Positions 23,675 through 33,168 of a stretch of 64,000 nt of DNA are shown one piece after another. The stretch spans positions 32,001 through 96,000 of the forward strand of contig CBDDEL010000012.1 of NCBI GenBank assembly GCA_965226885.1. The letters are read 5' to 3'. The position numbers and the translations under genes are program-made. Below the pieces are notes generated by a model that had not been told where the DNA came from, ran no database searches, and saw nothing but the letters and a program-made list of their open reading frames with translations. Positions within the stretch are counted from its first letter, which is position 1, and each line of letters begins with the position of its first letter. The stretch is from Opitutales bacterium. GTDB taxonomy: Bacteria; Verrucomicrobiota; Verrucomicrobiia; Opitutales; UBA2987.

Positions 23675-25693
23675 ATGTGTGGGATTGTGGGATATACGGG
23701 TCATTCCCTAGATGAAAGGAAATTGCAAAGGGCAGTCGATTCCCTCCATCACCGGGGCCCTGACGGGAGCGGGATATACATCGATCCGCATCAGTGTGCG
23801 GGGTTGGGACACGCCCGTTTGTCGATCATCGACCTGGAAACCGGGGCTCAACCACTCTACGCCCAGAATGATGAATTGGTGCTGGTTTGCAATGGGGAGA
23901 TTTACGACTTCGAACGGATCAGACATGAACTCGAATTAATTGGTCACGTATTCTATACTAAAAGCGATTCGGAGGTAATCCTGCATCTCTATCGGGAGTA
24001 TGGAACAGAATTCGTCCACCACCTAAGGGGCGAATTTGCCTTTTTGCTGCTGGATAAACGCAAACGCGTATTCATAGCGGTTCGCGACCGTTTTGGCATT
24101 AAACCTTTATATTTTCACGAGAATGAAGGGAAATTTGTCTTTGCCTCGGAAGCCAAGGCTATTTTCGCAACAGGATGCCATAATCCTAAAATTGACGTAA
24201 TTGCCGTTAGAAACTTTCTCAGCGGGGTTATTCCGGACTCGATTTTTAAAGATATTGAGGTTGTTCCACCGGGATGCCTGATGAAGGTGGACCTCGATAG
24301 CCGGAAGCATGAGATTCACCAATACTGGGATTTGGATTTGCCGCTCGAATGCGAAATCAAAGATGGCAAGGAACTCGATCATCATGCGCAAACCGTCCGT
24401 GAAGCCCTCGATGAAGCGGTTCGTCTGCGTTTGCGTGCGGATGTCCCCGTTGGCATCTATCTGAGTGGAGGAATTGATTCAGCAATTGTGGCCGCATCGG
24501 CCGCCAAACAGCATCCCGGCCGGATTAAGGCATTTACCATATCCTTTCCCGGGGAGGAAAATTTTAATGAGTATCGATTGGCCAAAGATATGGCCAAAAA
24601 GATTGGGGCCGAGTTCCATTCGGTTACCTGCGATCACGAAACAATGCTCAAGAACACCGAGGATTGCTTATGGGTTTCCGAATTTCCTTTTCATAATTTT
24701 CACGGAGTTGGCAAATTTCTCTTGTCTCGTTTGGCACAGCAGCATGTCAAAGTGGTTTTGACCGGGGAAGGCTCCGACGAGGTATTTTTGGGGTATGTCT
24801 TTTTTCAACCCGGCAAAGGCGCCATAACGTGCCAGATGGAAAACCGTTTGAAGACGCTGCGCACTCCCAGTGGACCTCATATCAGTGCAATTATCGAGGC
24901 GATTGGCTTTCTGCCTTGGCAGGAGCATGCGGAATCCTTTACCAAGGGGCGGCAGAAGTTTATAAGGAACCTTTTCCATCCCGACCAACATTCGCGGATT
25001 TCCGATAATCACCCCCTGGAGTGGCTCAAGCGGCGTATAGAGCGAACCCAAACGGATGAACGGTCCCCGGTCAAAAAAATTCAATACTTCTGCATCAAAG
25101 CGATACTGGCTCCCTATATCCTGACAATTCTTGGCGATCGGCAGGAAATGGGACACTCCATAGAAGGGCGCACACCTTTTCTTGATCACCATCTCTTCGA
25201 TAAAGCCAGGAGAATTCCGGACCGTTTCAAGATACACAATGGGGTCGAGAAATATGTATTGCGAGAAGCGTTAAAAGACGAGATTACCGACGAAATATAC
25301 AAACGTGAAAAATGGCCCTTCTGCGCCCCACCCTTGTGGATAAAAAAGGGCATTTATTCAACACTCGATCAGATTTACGATCGTTATTTATCTAAAAAAG
25401 CCATCGCAAAAAGTGGTATTTTCAACTACCGCATGATTCGTCGCTGCCGCTGGCTAGGACAACTGATTTTCTTCGATTGCGCAATAAAACGGAAATTGAA
25501 CCAGATGTGTGTTTTCATTCTCACCGTTCAGATTCTGGACCAGCTTTACGTCCAAAATTTCGAGGAAAATCTGCAAAAACGACTGGCTGACAGGAAAGAG
25601 TCCGCCTACAAAACACCATCGGCTGCATCCAGTCCAAAGAAAAAGGATAAGCCACAGATCAATGATCCTCTATTGCAGAGCGAAAAGCTGTAG
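23675..25693 (+). CDS. asnB: Asparagine synthase (glutamine-hydrolysing) family amidotransferase
   Basis: N-terminal MCGI; motifs HRGPD, RLSIID, NGEIY, RDRFGIKPL, LSGGIDS, TGEGSDE, R.PFLD. True substrate unknown. Confidence 0.88.
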   Translation: MCGIVGYTGHSLDERKLQRAVDSLHHRGPDGSGIYIDPHQCAGLGHARLSIIDLETGAQPLYAQNDELVLVCNGEIYDFERIRHELELIGHVFYTKSDSEVILHLYREYGTEFVHHLRGEFAFLLLDKRKRVFIAVRDRFGIKPLYFHENEGKFVFASEAKAIFATGCHNPKIDVIAVRNFLSGVIPDSIFKDIEVVPPGCLMKVDLDSRKHEIHQYWDLDLPLECEIKDGKELDHHAQTVREALDEAVRLRLRADVPVGIYLSGGIDSAIVAASAAKQHPGRIKAFTISFPGEENFNEYRLAKDMAKKIGAEFHSVTCDHETMLKNTEDCLWVSEFPFHNFHGVGKFLLSRLAQQHVKVVLTGEGSDEVFLGYVFFQPGKGAITCQMENRLKTLRTPSGPHISAIIEAIGFLPWQEHAESFTKGRQKFIRNLFHPDQHSRISDNHPLEWLKRRIERTQTDERSPVKKIQYFCIKAILAPYILTILGDRQEMGHSIEGRTPFLDHHLFDKARRIPDRFKIHNGVEKYVLREALKDEITDEIYKREKWPFCAPPLWIKKGIYSTLDQIYDRYLSKKAIAKSGIFNYRMIRRCRWLGQLIFFDCAIKRKLNQMCVFILTVQILDQLYVQNFEENLQKRLADRKESAYKTPSAASSPKKKDKPQINDPLLQSEKL

Positions 25694-25816
25694 AACCTGT
25701 TTCACCTCTAATTTAATTTTCAGCGGAACTGCCGGGACGCAGAAGGTCGCCCATTCGATAGGCGTCCTTTCCCTTCGATGAATAGAAAAGAGCAAAATAT
25801 CCGCCCAAAACGAAGA

Positions 25817-25860
25817 TGATGTGACCGCCGAAAACACGACCATTGCCAGTGTGAGTCTCT
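25817..25860 (+). mobile_element. Isolated left end of IS3-family type D
   Basis: TGATGTGACCGCCGAAAACACGACCATTGCCAGTG, nearly identical to the left ends at 43977 and 62500. Confidence 0.8.
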
Positions 25861-25987
25861 ATGGGATGGGGAATGAACCCTTGGTTAGGGTATTTCCATT
25901 GCTGTGATGACAAATTTCCGGACGGGTCAGTAGGGCCAAAGCGATTACTTCTTGGCTGAAATAGCTGGATTGACAATTGTCAAAACG

Positions 25988-26081
25988 AATTGTCAAAACG
26001 TATTGAAATCAGATAATTGGATCTTAATATTGTTGCCTACCTATTTTCAACGATTATGAATGTTCATATGGGAAATCTCGG
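25988..26081 (+). repeat. Dispersed cargo-leader element, copy R2a
   Basis: TTGAAATCAGATAATTGGATC...CTATTTTCAACGATTATGAATGTTCATATGGGAAATCTCGG. Confidence 0.88.
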
Positions 26082-26255
26082 TTTGTGGTGAGCTTGGTTG
26101 ATAAAACGCTTGAAGATGGCGGCTGTAGGCTATCAGATAATTGGATCTTAATATTGTTGCCTACCTATTTTCAACGATTATGAATGTTCATATGGGAAAT
26201 CTCGGTTTGTGGTGAGCTTGGTTGATAAAACGCTTGAAGATGGCGGCTGTAGGCT
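26008..26255 (+). repeat. Perfect 124-bp tandem duplication creating copy R2b (26132-26205)
   Basis: 26008-26131 equals 26132-26255. Confidence 0.93.
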
Positions 26256-26324
26256 TATAGTACCCAATCGGCAGATGCGTCAGCGCTGCCTGTAATGAAG
26301 TTAGCTTAACTAAAGGAGATTCTG

Positions 26325-27545
26325 ATGAAAAAAATAACCAATGCAAAAATCGTGTGCGTACTATATGACGATCCGGTTGATGGCTATCCCACAAATTACG
26401 CGCGCAGCGATATTCCTATGCTGGATACGTACCCAGACGGACAAACTTTGCCATCTCCACAGACGATTGATCATACTCCCGGCGCACTTCTCGGCAGCGT
26501 TTCTGGCGAGTTAGGTCTGCGTAAGTTCCTGGAAGAGCGTGGCCATACACTTGTCGTGACCTCCGATAAAGATGGCCAGGAATCTGTGTTTGAAAGAGAG
26601 CTTGTTGATGCAGATATAGTGATCTCTCAACCCTTTTGGCCTGCGTATCTAACTGCAGAGCGGATAGCAAAGGCCAAAAATCTTCAGTTGGCAATCACGG
26701 CTGGTATTGGATCAGATCACGTTGATTTACAGGCGGCGATAGACCATAACATTACCGTTTGCGAAATTACCTATAGTAATAGTATCAGTGTGGCGGAGCA
26801 TGTCTGCATGATGATATTGTCTCTGGTTCGCAACTATATCCCGTCGTACAACTGGGTAATCAAAGGAGGATGGAACATAGCCGATTGTGTTTCGAGGTCG
26901 TATGATATTGAAGGGATGAACGTTGGGACCGTCGCGGCAGGTCGTATTGGAAGCGCGGTACTCAAAAGAATGAAACCTTTTGATGTGAAACTTCATTATA
27001 CCGACAGGCACCGACTTTCAGTTGGAATTGAAAAGGAACTCAACGTGACTTTCCATGAGAGCGTTGAATCCATGATCAAGGTGTGTGATGTGGTGACAAT
27101 CAACTGCCCACTTCATCCTGAGACGGAGCATATGTTTGATGAGAAAATGATTAGCAAAATGAAGCGTGGCGCCTACCTGGTTAATACAGCTCGAGGAAAG
27201 ATTTGTGACCGCGACGCTGTCGCAAAAGCCTTGGAGAGTGGTCATTTGGCCGGCTATGCGGGCGATGTCTGGTTTCCGCAACCGGCGCCTAATGATCATC
27301 CGTGGAGAACCATGCCGCACCATGCAATGACACCACACACTTCAGGCACTTCTTTGTCGGCACAGTCAAGATATGCCGCGGGTAGCAGAGAGATATTGGA
27401 ATGCTGGTTCGAAGGTGAGCCGATTCGGAATGAATATCTCATAGTTGATGGAGGGAAGCTTGCGGGTGCAGGGGCACACTCCTATAGTGAGGGCAACGTT
27501 ACCGGCGGTTCAAAGGAGGCAGAGAAATTCGAGACGGTCGACTAA
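26325..27545 (+). CDS. fdh: NAD-dependent formate dehydrogenase
   Basis: Motifs VLYDDP, LLGSVSGELGLRKFLE, ISQPFWPAYLTAERI, GIGSDHVD, AAGRIG, NTARG, GDVWFPQPAP, PHTSG. Confidence 0.97.
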   Translation: MKKITNAKIVCVLYDDPVDGYPTNYARSDIPMLDTYPDGQTLPSPQTIDHTPGALLGSVSGELGLRKFLEERGHTLVVTSDKDGQESVFERELVDADIVISQPFWPAYLTAERIAKAKNLQLAITAGIGSDHVDLQAAIDHNITVCEITYSNSISVAEHVCMMILSLVRNYIPSYNWVIKGGWNIADCVSRSYDIEGMNVGTVAAGRIGSAVLKRMKPFDVKLHYTDRHRLSVGIEKELNVTFHESVESMIKVCDVVTINCPLHPETEHMFDEKMISKMKRGAYLVNTARGKICDRDAVAKALESGHLAGYAGDVWFPQPAPNDHPWRTMPHHAMTPHTSGTSLSAQSRYAAGSREILECWFEGEPIRNEYLIVDGGKLAGAGAHSYSEGNVTGGSKEAEKFETVD

Positions 27546-27571
27546 GTGAATTCATTGCTATCAAGCGAAGC

Positions 27572-27669
27572 TGTAAACGCCGGGATGCAACCGGCACAGT
27601 AAACGGGTCGCTTTAAAACCGGTAAGCTTCGTCTTCAAAAGAGGAGTATACCGAGATATGAAGCAATGA
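27572..27669 (+). mobile_element. Diverged IS21 left-end remnant with the start of istA
   Basis: TGTAAACGCCGGG...TTTAAAACCGGTA...GAGGAGT...CGAGATATGAAGCAATG parallels the left end of the complete IS21 copies. Confidence 0.75.
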
Positions 27670-27687
27670 GTATAAAGAGGTTTCCTG

Positions 27688-27784
27688 AATTGTCAAATTC
27701 AGCCAGGGAAAGCAGAAAATTGGATCGAAATATTAGAAAGTAGCTATTTTCAACGATTATGAATGTTCATATGGGAAATCTCGG
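27688..27784 (+). repeat. Dispersed cargo-leader element, copy R3
   Basis: GAAAGCAGAAAATTGGATCGAAATATTAGAAAGTAGCTATTTTCAACGATTATGAATGTTCATATGGGAAATCTCGG. Confidence 0.9.
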
Positions 27785-27853
27785 ATTGAATATTCGGTGA
27801 ACGCCAATGTCTAAGCCACTTCCAAAAGATATTATTGCTAGGTTTTTTAAAGA

Positions 27854-28021
27854 ACTTCCGAAGGCCTCGACACCGCCCTCAGAGGCAAAGGTTGGCGATT
27901 CTACGATTTCCCGGACGTCGGCGCTACTCGGCTCATGTGCGGCTGGGACACGACGGAAGACGATGTCAACAAGTTTGTGGCCGATGCCGTAGAGTTGGCC
28001 GGAAAGGAGAAAAGATCATGA
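27854..28021 (+). pseudogene. C-terminal remnant of a low-specificity threonine aldolase-like gene
   Basis: My translation: TSEGLDTALRGKGWRFYDFPDVGATRLMCGWDTTEDDVNKFVADAVELAGKEKRS*. The stop overlaps the ALDH start (ATGA). Confidence 0.7.
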
Positions 28022-29487
28022 AAACCTGTCAACACTTCATCAATGGCGAGTATCAGAGCAGCGCCGAGACATTTGAAACCGTCAACCCGGCGACCGGCGA
28101 AGTAATCGCCACGGCGGCACGGGGAGCAAAAGCGGAGATTGAATTGGCCGTGGATGTCGCCCGAGAGACGTTTATGACGACGTCATGGGCGGACATGGAT
28201 GGTCGGCTGCGCGGGGAGTTGCTGCGAAATGTGGCCGAGGCGATACGCCGGCATGCCGAGGAAATCGTCCCTATGGAAGTCGCCGATGCGGGCAAGACCA
28301 TCGGCGATGCCCGTGCGGAGGTGGAGATCGCGGCCCAGGTCTGGGACTATTATGCGGACCTGACACAGTGCGCCATCGGCACGGTTAATTCCGTGCCCGC
28401 GCCGGATCAGTTCGACTATACCATTCGTCAACCGATGGGCGTAATCGGAATCATCATTCCCTGGAATTTCCCATTTGTGCTCACGGCGCTGAAGTTGGCG
28501 CCCGCCCTGGCGGCGGGCAACACGGCTGTGTTGAAGCCGGCCGAAGACACGCCCGTGACAGCCAGTATGCTGGGCGCGCTGTTGAATGAAGCCGGCGTTC
28601 CCGGCGGAGTTGTGAACATCGTTTTTGGGTTCGGCGAAGAGGCCGGCGCGGCGCTTGCCGCCAACGAGAAGGTGGAAAAACTGGTCTTCACCGGCTCAAC
28701 GGAAGTCGGTTCGCAGGTGATGCAGGCGGCGGCGAAAAATATTACTGATGTCACGTTGGAGTTGGGCGGCAAGAGTGCCAACATCATTTTCGCCGACGCG
28801 GACCGTGAGCAGGCATTGATCAGTGCGGCATTCGGTTGCCTCCTCCACAGCGGGCAGTGCTGCTGCGCGGGAACGCGGTTGTTAATCGAAAATAAGATTT
28901 ACGACTCGTTCGTGAATGAGCTCAGCGAGCGCTTCGAGCGTGTTCGTGTCGGTGATCCCGCCGATGAAAAGACCCACCTCGGTCCCATCATCAATGCCAA
29001 CCAGATGGACAGGATCGAACATTACGTCAACGTCGGGAAAGAGGAGGGAGCGACCCTCATCACGGGCGGCGCCCGAGCCGCGGGCGGTGTGCTCGACAAT
29101 GGTTTCTTCTACCAACCCACCCTGTTCGGTAACGCCAACAATGATATGCAGATCGCGCGCGATGAGATCTTCGGTCCGGTCCTGCCCTGCATGCCGTTTG
29201 ACGACATCGATCAGGCCATCGCCACGGCCAATGAATCCACCTACGGCCTCGCCGCCGGGCTCTGCACGCGCGATCTGGTGAAGGCACATTATGCGGCGAA
29301 GCGGCTTCAGGCAGGTACGGTGTGGATCAACACCTTTAACGGCCTCGCACTCAACGCGCCTTTTCTCGGTTGGAAACGGAGCGGGATCGGCGTCGAGCGG
29401 GGTGTCGAGGGTCTGCACGATCACATGCGGTTGAAGCATGTGCGCATCGACATGTCGCAGAAACCACTGCCCGTTTTTGGGGATTGA
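28018..29487 (+). CDS. Aldehyde dehydrogenase family protein
   Basis: Motifs PWNFP, KPAE, FTGS, LELGGK, GQCC, EIFGP. Start MKTCQHFING at 28018 after GGAG; the longer ORF-track start is unlikely. Confidence 0.95.
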   Translation: MKTCQHFINGEYQSSAETFETVNPATGEVIATAARGAKAEIELAVDVARETFMTTSWADMDGRLRGELLRNVAEAIRRHAEEIVPMEVADAGKTIGDARAEVEIAAQVWDYYADLTQCAIGTVNSVPAPDQFDYTIRQPMGVIGIIIPWNFPFVLTALKLAPALAAGNTAVLKPAEDTPVTASMLGALLNEAGVPGGVVNIVFGFGEEAGAALAANEKVEKLVFTGSTEVGSQVMQAAAKNITDVTLELGGKSANIIFADADREQALISAAFGCLLHSGQCCCAGTRLLIENKIYDSFVNELSERFERVRVGDPADEKTHLGPIINANQMDRIEHYVNVGKEEGATLITGGARAAGGVLDNGFFYQPTLFGNANNDMQIARDEIFGPVLPCMPFDDIDQAIATANESTYGLAAGLCTRDLVKAHYAAKRLQAGTVWINTFNGLALNAPFLGWKRSGIGVERGVEGLHDHMRLKHVRIDMSQKPLPVFGD

Positions 29488-29619
29488 TAGGTTGAGGGAA
29501 TGAGAAGGGTTAAAGGTTCAGGTTGGAATGGTGCTGATTTTCAGAGCCATTCCGATTTTACCCTATTTTCGGTCCGAGTCTTTACATTTACCAGTCGACC
29601 CACAGTCTGGTCCACCGGA

Positions 29620-29936
29620 TGCCAGATGGGGGCCCTCCTCTTTGCACCAGTGCGTCGCCAGGAAGGTGCCGTCTTGCAAGCGCACGGCGGTGGGGAAGCC
29701 GAACATGAAACTATCCAACTCCTCAACGCCCGACTCCAGGCCTTGCGGCCGTTCGCGCCGGGCCCCGCCGTCATACATCAGTCCTTCATAGCGCAGGTCC
29801 CAGGCCGTGTCCGTGAAGCTCACCAGGTTCATGACAATGCCTTGATCACCGTAGCGACGGTTGTAGAGTACCAGGAGCCGGTCCCCACCCAGAGGAATCG
29901 GAGTCATGGTTTGGCCCCATATGCCGGTGGATTGGG
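29620..29936 (-). pseudogene. C-terminal fragment of a sialidase/BNR-type beta-propeller protein
   Basis: STGIWGQTMTPIPLGGDRLLVLYNRR...FGFPTAVRLQDGTFLATHWC; no N-terminus present. Confidence 0.55.
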
Positions 29937-30230
29937 ATCAGAGTTTCATTGGCCCGATCCACGAAAGATTCCACGGCGGACGACATTTTTTTCATGGCCG
30001 CCTCGTAACCTTCCGCTGCCTGCTCCATCGCACGGCCGAACGTCTCCTGATTGATCGACCCCAGATCGAGCAGTTCATTCAGCTTTTCATGTTCAAGATT
30101 GAGCCTTTCAAGGGGTGTACGCGTTTGCTCAATAATAGCCTTGGCCACTCCCTGCAACTCATTGCGCCGAGTCATTAACTGCAAACCCTTCGCGGTTTCT
30201 GTGTTCTCCGAAATGATGGCAGCGACCGCG
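29937..30230 (-). pseudogene. Fragment resembling a phage tail tape-measure protein
   Basis: AKAIIEQTRTPLERLNLEHEKLNELLDLGSINQETFGRAMEQA resembles the RTP.E...L..G.I...T..RA segment of tape-measure proteins. Confidence 0.5.
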
Positions 30231-30249
30231 TCCTGGTTAATTGACTTTA

Positions 30250-30383
30250 TTAAATACTGCCAATTTGATCATCAAATAACGAAGGATAAGATTGAAAAAT
30301 CACATTGAAAGCAGAAAATTGGATCGAAATATTAGAAAGTGGCTATTTTCAACGATTATGAATGTTCATATGGGAGATCTCGG
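30250..30383 (+). repeat. Dispersed cargo-leader element, copy R4
   Basis: TTAAATA...GATCATCAAATAAC...TTGGATCGAAATATTAG...GCTATTTTCAACGATTATGAATGTTCATATGGGAGATCTCGG. Confidence 0.9.
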
Positions 30384-30503
30384 TTTATACGTCAACGAAT
30401 ACTGCCCCTACGAGGTATCTTGCATATCAGGTGCAACCTCAAGAGCAGGTTCTTACTCCTTTTTTTCTAGCCGGCGCGGGCAAAGCCCGACAGTCTTCCG
30501 GAT

Positions 30504-32231
30504 ATGAAACAGGAAATCAATCGTCGTAAGTTCTTGGGAACATCGATCGCGGCCGGCGCGGGCCTGACGCTTGGGGCTTTCGCTCCGCGGAGCAGGGGTC
30601 AGCATAGTAAAACGTATCAGACTTCTTCACCCAAGCTGGGATACATCTCCCCTCGTGGAAGCCGGCGGATCATTTATGTCAGCGATCCCTCCAGTATCGC
30701 CTCAGGTTATTTACCCGATCCAGCCTCTGAGGCAGATTTGCGCCGATGGGTGGATGAACTGGCGCACGCACAGGTCGATACTTTTATCCAGGAGGCTTAC
30801 ACCCAGGGGTGGACCACCTATTGGCGAACGGATGGTTTTGAGTATGACGCCCGCCCGCAGCATCGCCGCTTTCTTCCTCTATTGGATGAGGGCATACAAC
30901 CGCTGGAGGTGCTTCTGGAGCAGGCTCATGAGCGAGGCATGGAATTTCTGGTGGGTATCCGAATCAACGATAATCATGGCCATATCTCGGTAAAACAAGG
31001 CGTGGGTTTCGGAGCCTCCTTTCTGGCAAATAATCCACAGTGGTTATTAAAGGAGGCGCCGCCGGGGCCCTATTATCAGCTAAGTTCGCCCATGGACTTT
31101 AGTTTTCCCGAGGTGCGGGACTACCTTTTCTCCGTCACGGAGGCACTGGTCAGCCGTTTTCACGTTGATGGCCTGGAATTATGCTTCCGGGACCATCGTT
31201 ACTTTCCGCCCGACAAAGGGCGGGAGGGACAGCCTCTCATGACCGAACTGGTTAGGCGGATCCGTCAAATGCTGGACCAGAAGGGCCGAAGTAGAAACAA
31301 GAAGTTGCAACTTGGAGCGCGTGTTTACCAGACGGTGGAAGAATGCCAGATTCAGGGACTGGATGTCCCGGGTTGGATTTCCGAAGGCCTGCTGAATTAT
31401 CTTGCCCCGGGTGATGTCATGTACTCTGATTTAAACGCCCCTTATGAGCAATTCACTCAACTGGCCCGCGCCTCGGATTGCCTGGTCTATCCGGCGCTTC
31501 TACCCTGGAGCAGCCTAAGGATGAGGCGCCGCCTTGGGGGAATGCCTATCTCGCTTGAGCAACAGCGCGCAATCGCTCAGAACTTCTACGGGGCCGGAGC
31601 CGACGGGGTCTCATTCTATAACCACTTCGTCACCTTGAAATGGGCGCCGTTCTATCCGATGATGCTGCACGATTTCGTTGAACTGAAAAGCCCGCCGCAA
31701 GTCTCTCGAGGAAATCGCCATTACGTCTTTGAACCCATCTGGGCGGGCTGTAAGGGCTTCGGCGGCGAGGGACGCACCTCAACCGGCGCCCTGAAGGCAG
31801 ATCGGATCGTCCTGAGGCGCGCCGACTCGGGGGCCGGGGGAAGCTATCGATTTCGCATCTGCGAGGATTTTGAGCAGGTGCGGAGAGCGGCGCTGCTATT
31901 TCGCGGCCATCCCATGACGTTAAAGGACAAGCTGGAGATCCGGCTCAACGGAACTCCGATCTCTTCCGCAGCGCAAAAGCGACGAAACGACGAACAGCGG
32001 GTGGACATGGCCGCTGTGGTAGATGTAAGTTCCCGGACTGCTGCCGGCGAGACGCTTGTCCCTGAGATTCCCAGCGGTCCAATTCTGACCACCTGGTTCG
32101 AACTCACGGCTCCCCCGGCCGTGTATGGGGACAATTGGCTGGAGGTAACGTTGGTCGAAGCCGATTGCGAACTCTCTCAGGATCTCGTCATTGACGAGAT
32201 TGAAGTCTTCATTCGGCCAAAGCGCGCTTAG
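30504..32231 (+). CDS. Tat-exported TIM-barrel protein, glycoside hydrolase-like (GHL10/DUF187-like)
   Basis: Twin-arginine signal NRRKFL; motifs AHERGMEF.VGIRINDNH, DFSFPEVRDYL, VDGLEL.F, GADGV.FYN. Confidence 0.7.
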   Translation: MKQEINRRKFLGTSIAAGAGLTLGAFAPRSRGQHSKTYQTSSPKLGYISPRGSRRIIYVSDPSSIASGYLPDPASEADLRRWVDELAHAQVDTFIQEAYTQGWTTYWRTDGFEYDARPQHRRFLPLLDEGIQPLEVLLEQAHERGMEFLVGIRINDNHGHISVKQGVGFGASFLANNPQWLLKEAPPGPYYQLSSPMDFSFPEVRDYLFSVTEALVSRFHVDGLELCFRDHRYFPPDKGREGQPLMTELVRRIRQMLDQKGRSRNKKLQLGARVYQTVEECQIQGLDVPGWISEGLLNYLAPGDVMYSDLNAPYEQFTQLARASDCLVYPALLPWSSLRMRRRLGGMPISLEQQRAIAQNFYGAGADGVSFYNHFVTLKWAPFYPMMLHDFVELKSPPQVSRGNRHYVFEPIWAGCKGFGGEGRTSTGALKADRIVLRRADSGAGGSYRFRICEDFEQVRRAALLFRGHPMTLKDKLEIRLNGTPISSAAQKRRNDEQRVDMAAVVDVSSRTAAGETLVPEIPSGPILTTWFELTAPPAVYGDNWLEVTLVEADCELSQDLVIDEIEVFIRPKRA

Positions 32232-32397
32232 ATGAAATGCATCGTCATGAAGGTATATTTTGGGATCAATACAACAAAGATGATGAAATACGAAATCAAT
32301 TAGCAGATACTCAGAGTGAATTAGAAATGGTTACAAAGCCTTGCTTTGAAGAGCCGATGAAAACATACACATTATTTACAAAGCAATGGTTCACCAA

Positions 32398-32479
32398 GGC
32401 TAAAAAGGCAAGTGCACCCGGACAGCAATAATCTCCGCGGCACTCTGCTTTTTGCCGCCAGTGATTTGCGACGTTATGT
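32398..32479 (+). other. Degenerate integron attC-like site
   Basis: GGCTAAA-AAGGC-AAGTGCACCCGGACAGCAATAA...CTTTTTGCCGCCAGTGATTTGCGAC-GTTATGT; imperfect hairpin, with AAC mutated to AAA. Confidence 0.65.
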
Positions 32480-32551
32480 GTCTCTTGACGTGGCTGTTTT
32501 ATACAGCGGGACACATTACTCAGTGATAGCGGAAAGTGATTGGAGATTTGG

Positions 32552-32788
32552 ATGAAGAAACTGCCAAGCCATTCCTTGCCAACTTATTCAGAAGAATCCT
32601 GCAAGGACGCATTGTTTCATTATACTACCGCGGACGGTTTGCTTGGAATCCTTCGCGACAACGAAATTTGGAGTTCAGCCTATTATTGTACAAACGACGA
32701 ATCCGAAGACGAATCCGAACTTAGCGCGGGCGAGAACGTTTTAACACAGATCTTTCGAGCGGATATCATTAAGAAAGGCCGGGCCTGA
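32552..32788 (+). pseudogene. N-terminal fragment of a DUF2971-like protein (probable cassette remnant)
   Basis: LFHYTTADGLLGIL...IW......NDESE motif directly after the attC-like site. Confidence 0.65.
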
Positions 32789-32856
32789 GAAAACCGACAT
32801 GGCAACAATCACCGAGGTCATCAACGCTGTGGAAATTTTATACATTCTGAATCGAG

Positions 32857-33168
32857 ATGAAACTCCCCGACGCAAGCATCGGGGTATCGGGGATGAAAAT
32901 ATCTTTACCACAATGTTAATTGACGCAAATCTTCCTTCGGCTTGCCTTGGTCCAATACATATCTCTCCACCAAGGCCAAGGCCCAATTGCCTCGCTCTCC
33001 TACCGTGCCCACATAGTAGCCTGAACTCCAGAAATGCCCGCCCCATAATTCCTTCTTCAGCCACGGCTCCCGTCCACTTCAATGACTCGGCTTGTTCACT
33101 TTTTCTTCTTCCACTCATCCTCTTTATAAGCCACCTATCCCCGACGCAAGCATAGGGGAATTTACAAG
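32857..33168 (-). mobile_element. Internally deleted IS200/IS605-family (Y1 TnpA) element
   Basis: The hairpin CCCC(G/T)ATGCTTGCGTCGGGG occurs at both ends; residual TnpA C-terminus PWLKKELWGGHFWSSGYYVGTVGERGNW...VERYVLDQG. Confidence 0.8.

Noticed and set aside
23675..25693. asnB-like gene as part of a lasso-peptide/RiPP cluster
   Set aside because: It has an intact glutaminase N-terminus (MCGI), and no precursor, protease or RRE gene is nearby.
27835..28017. 61-residue N-terminal extension of the ALDH
   Set aside because: It is the off-frame reading of the aldolase remnant; the start at 28018 has an RBS and gives a normal ALDH length.
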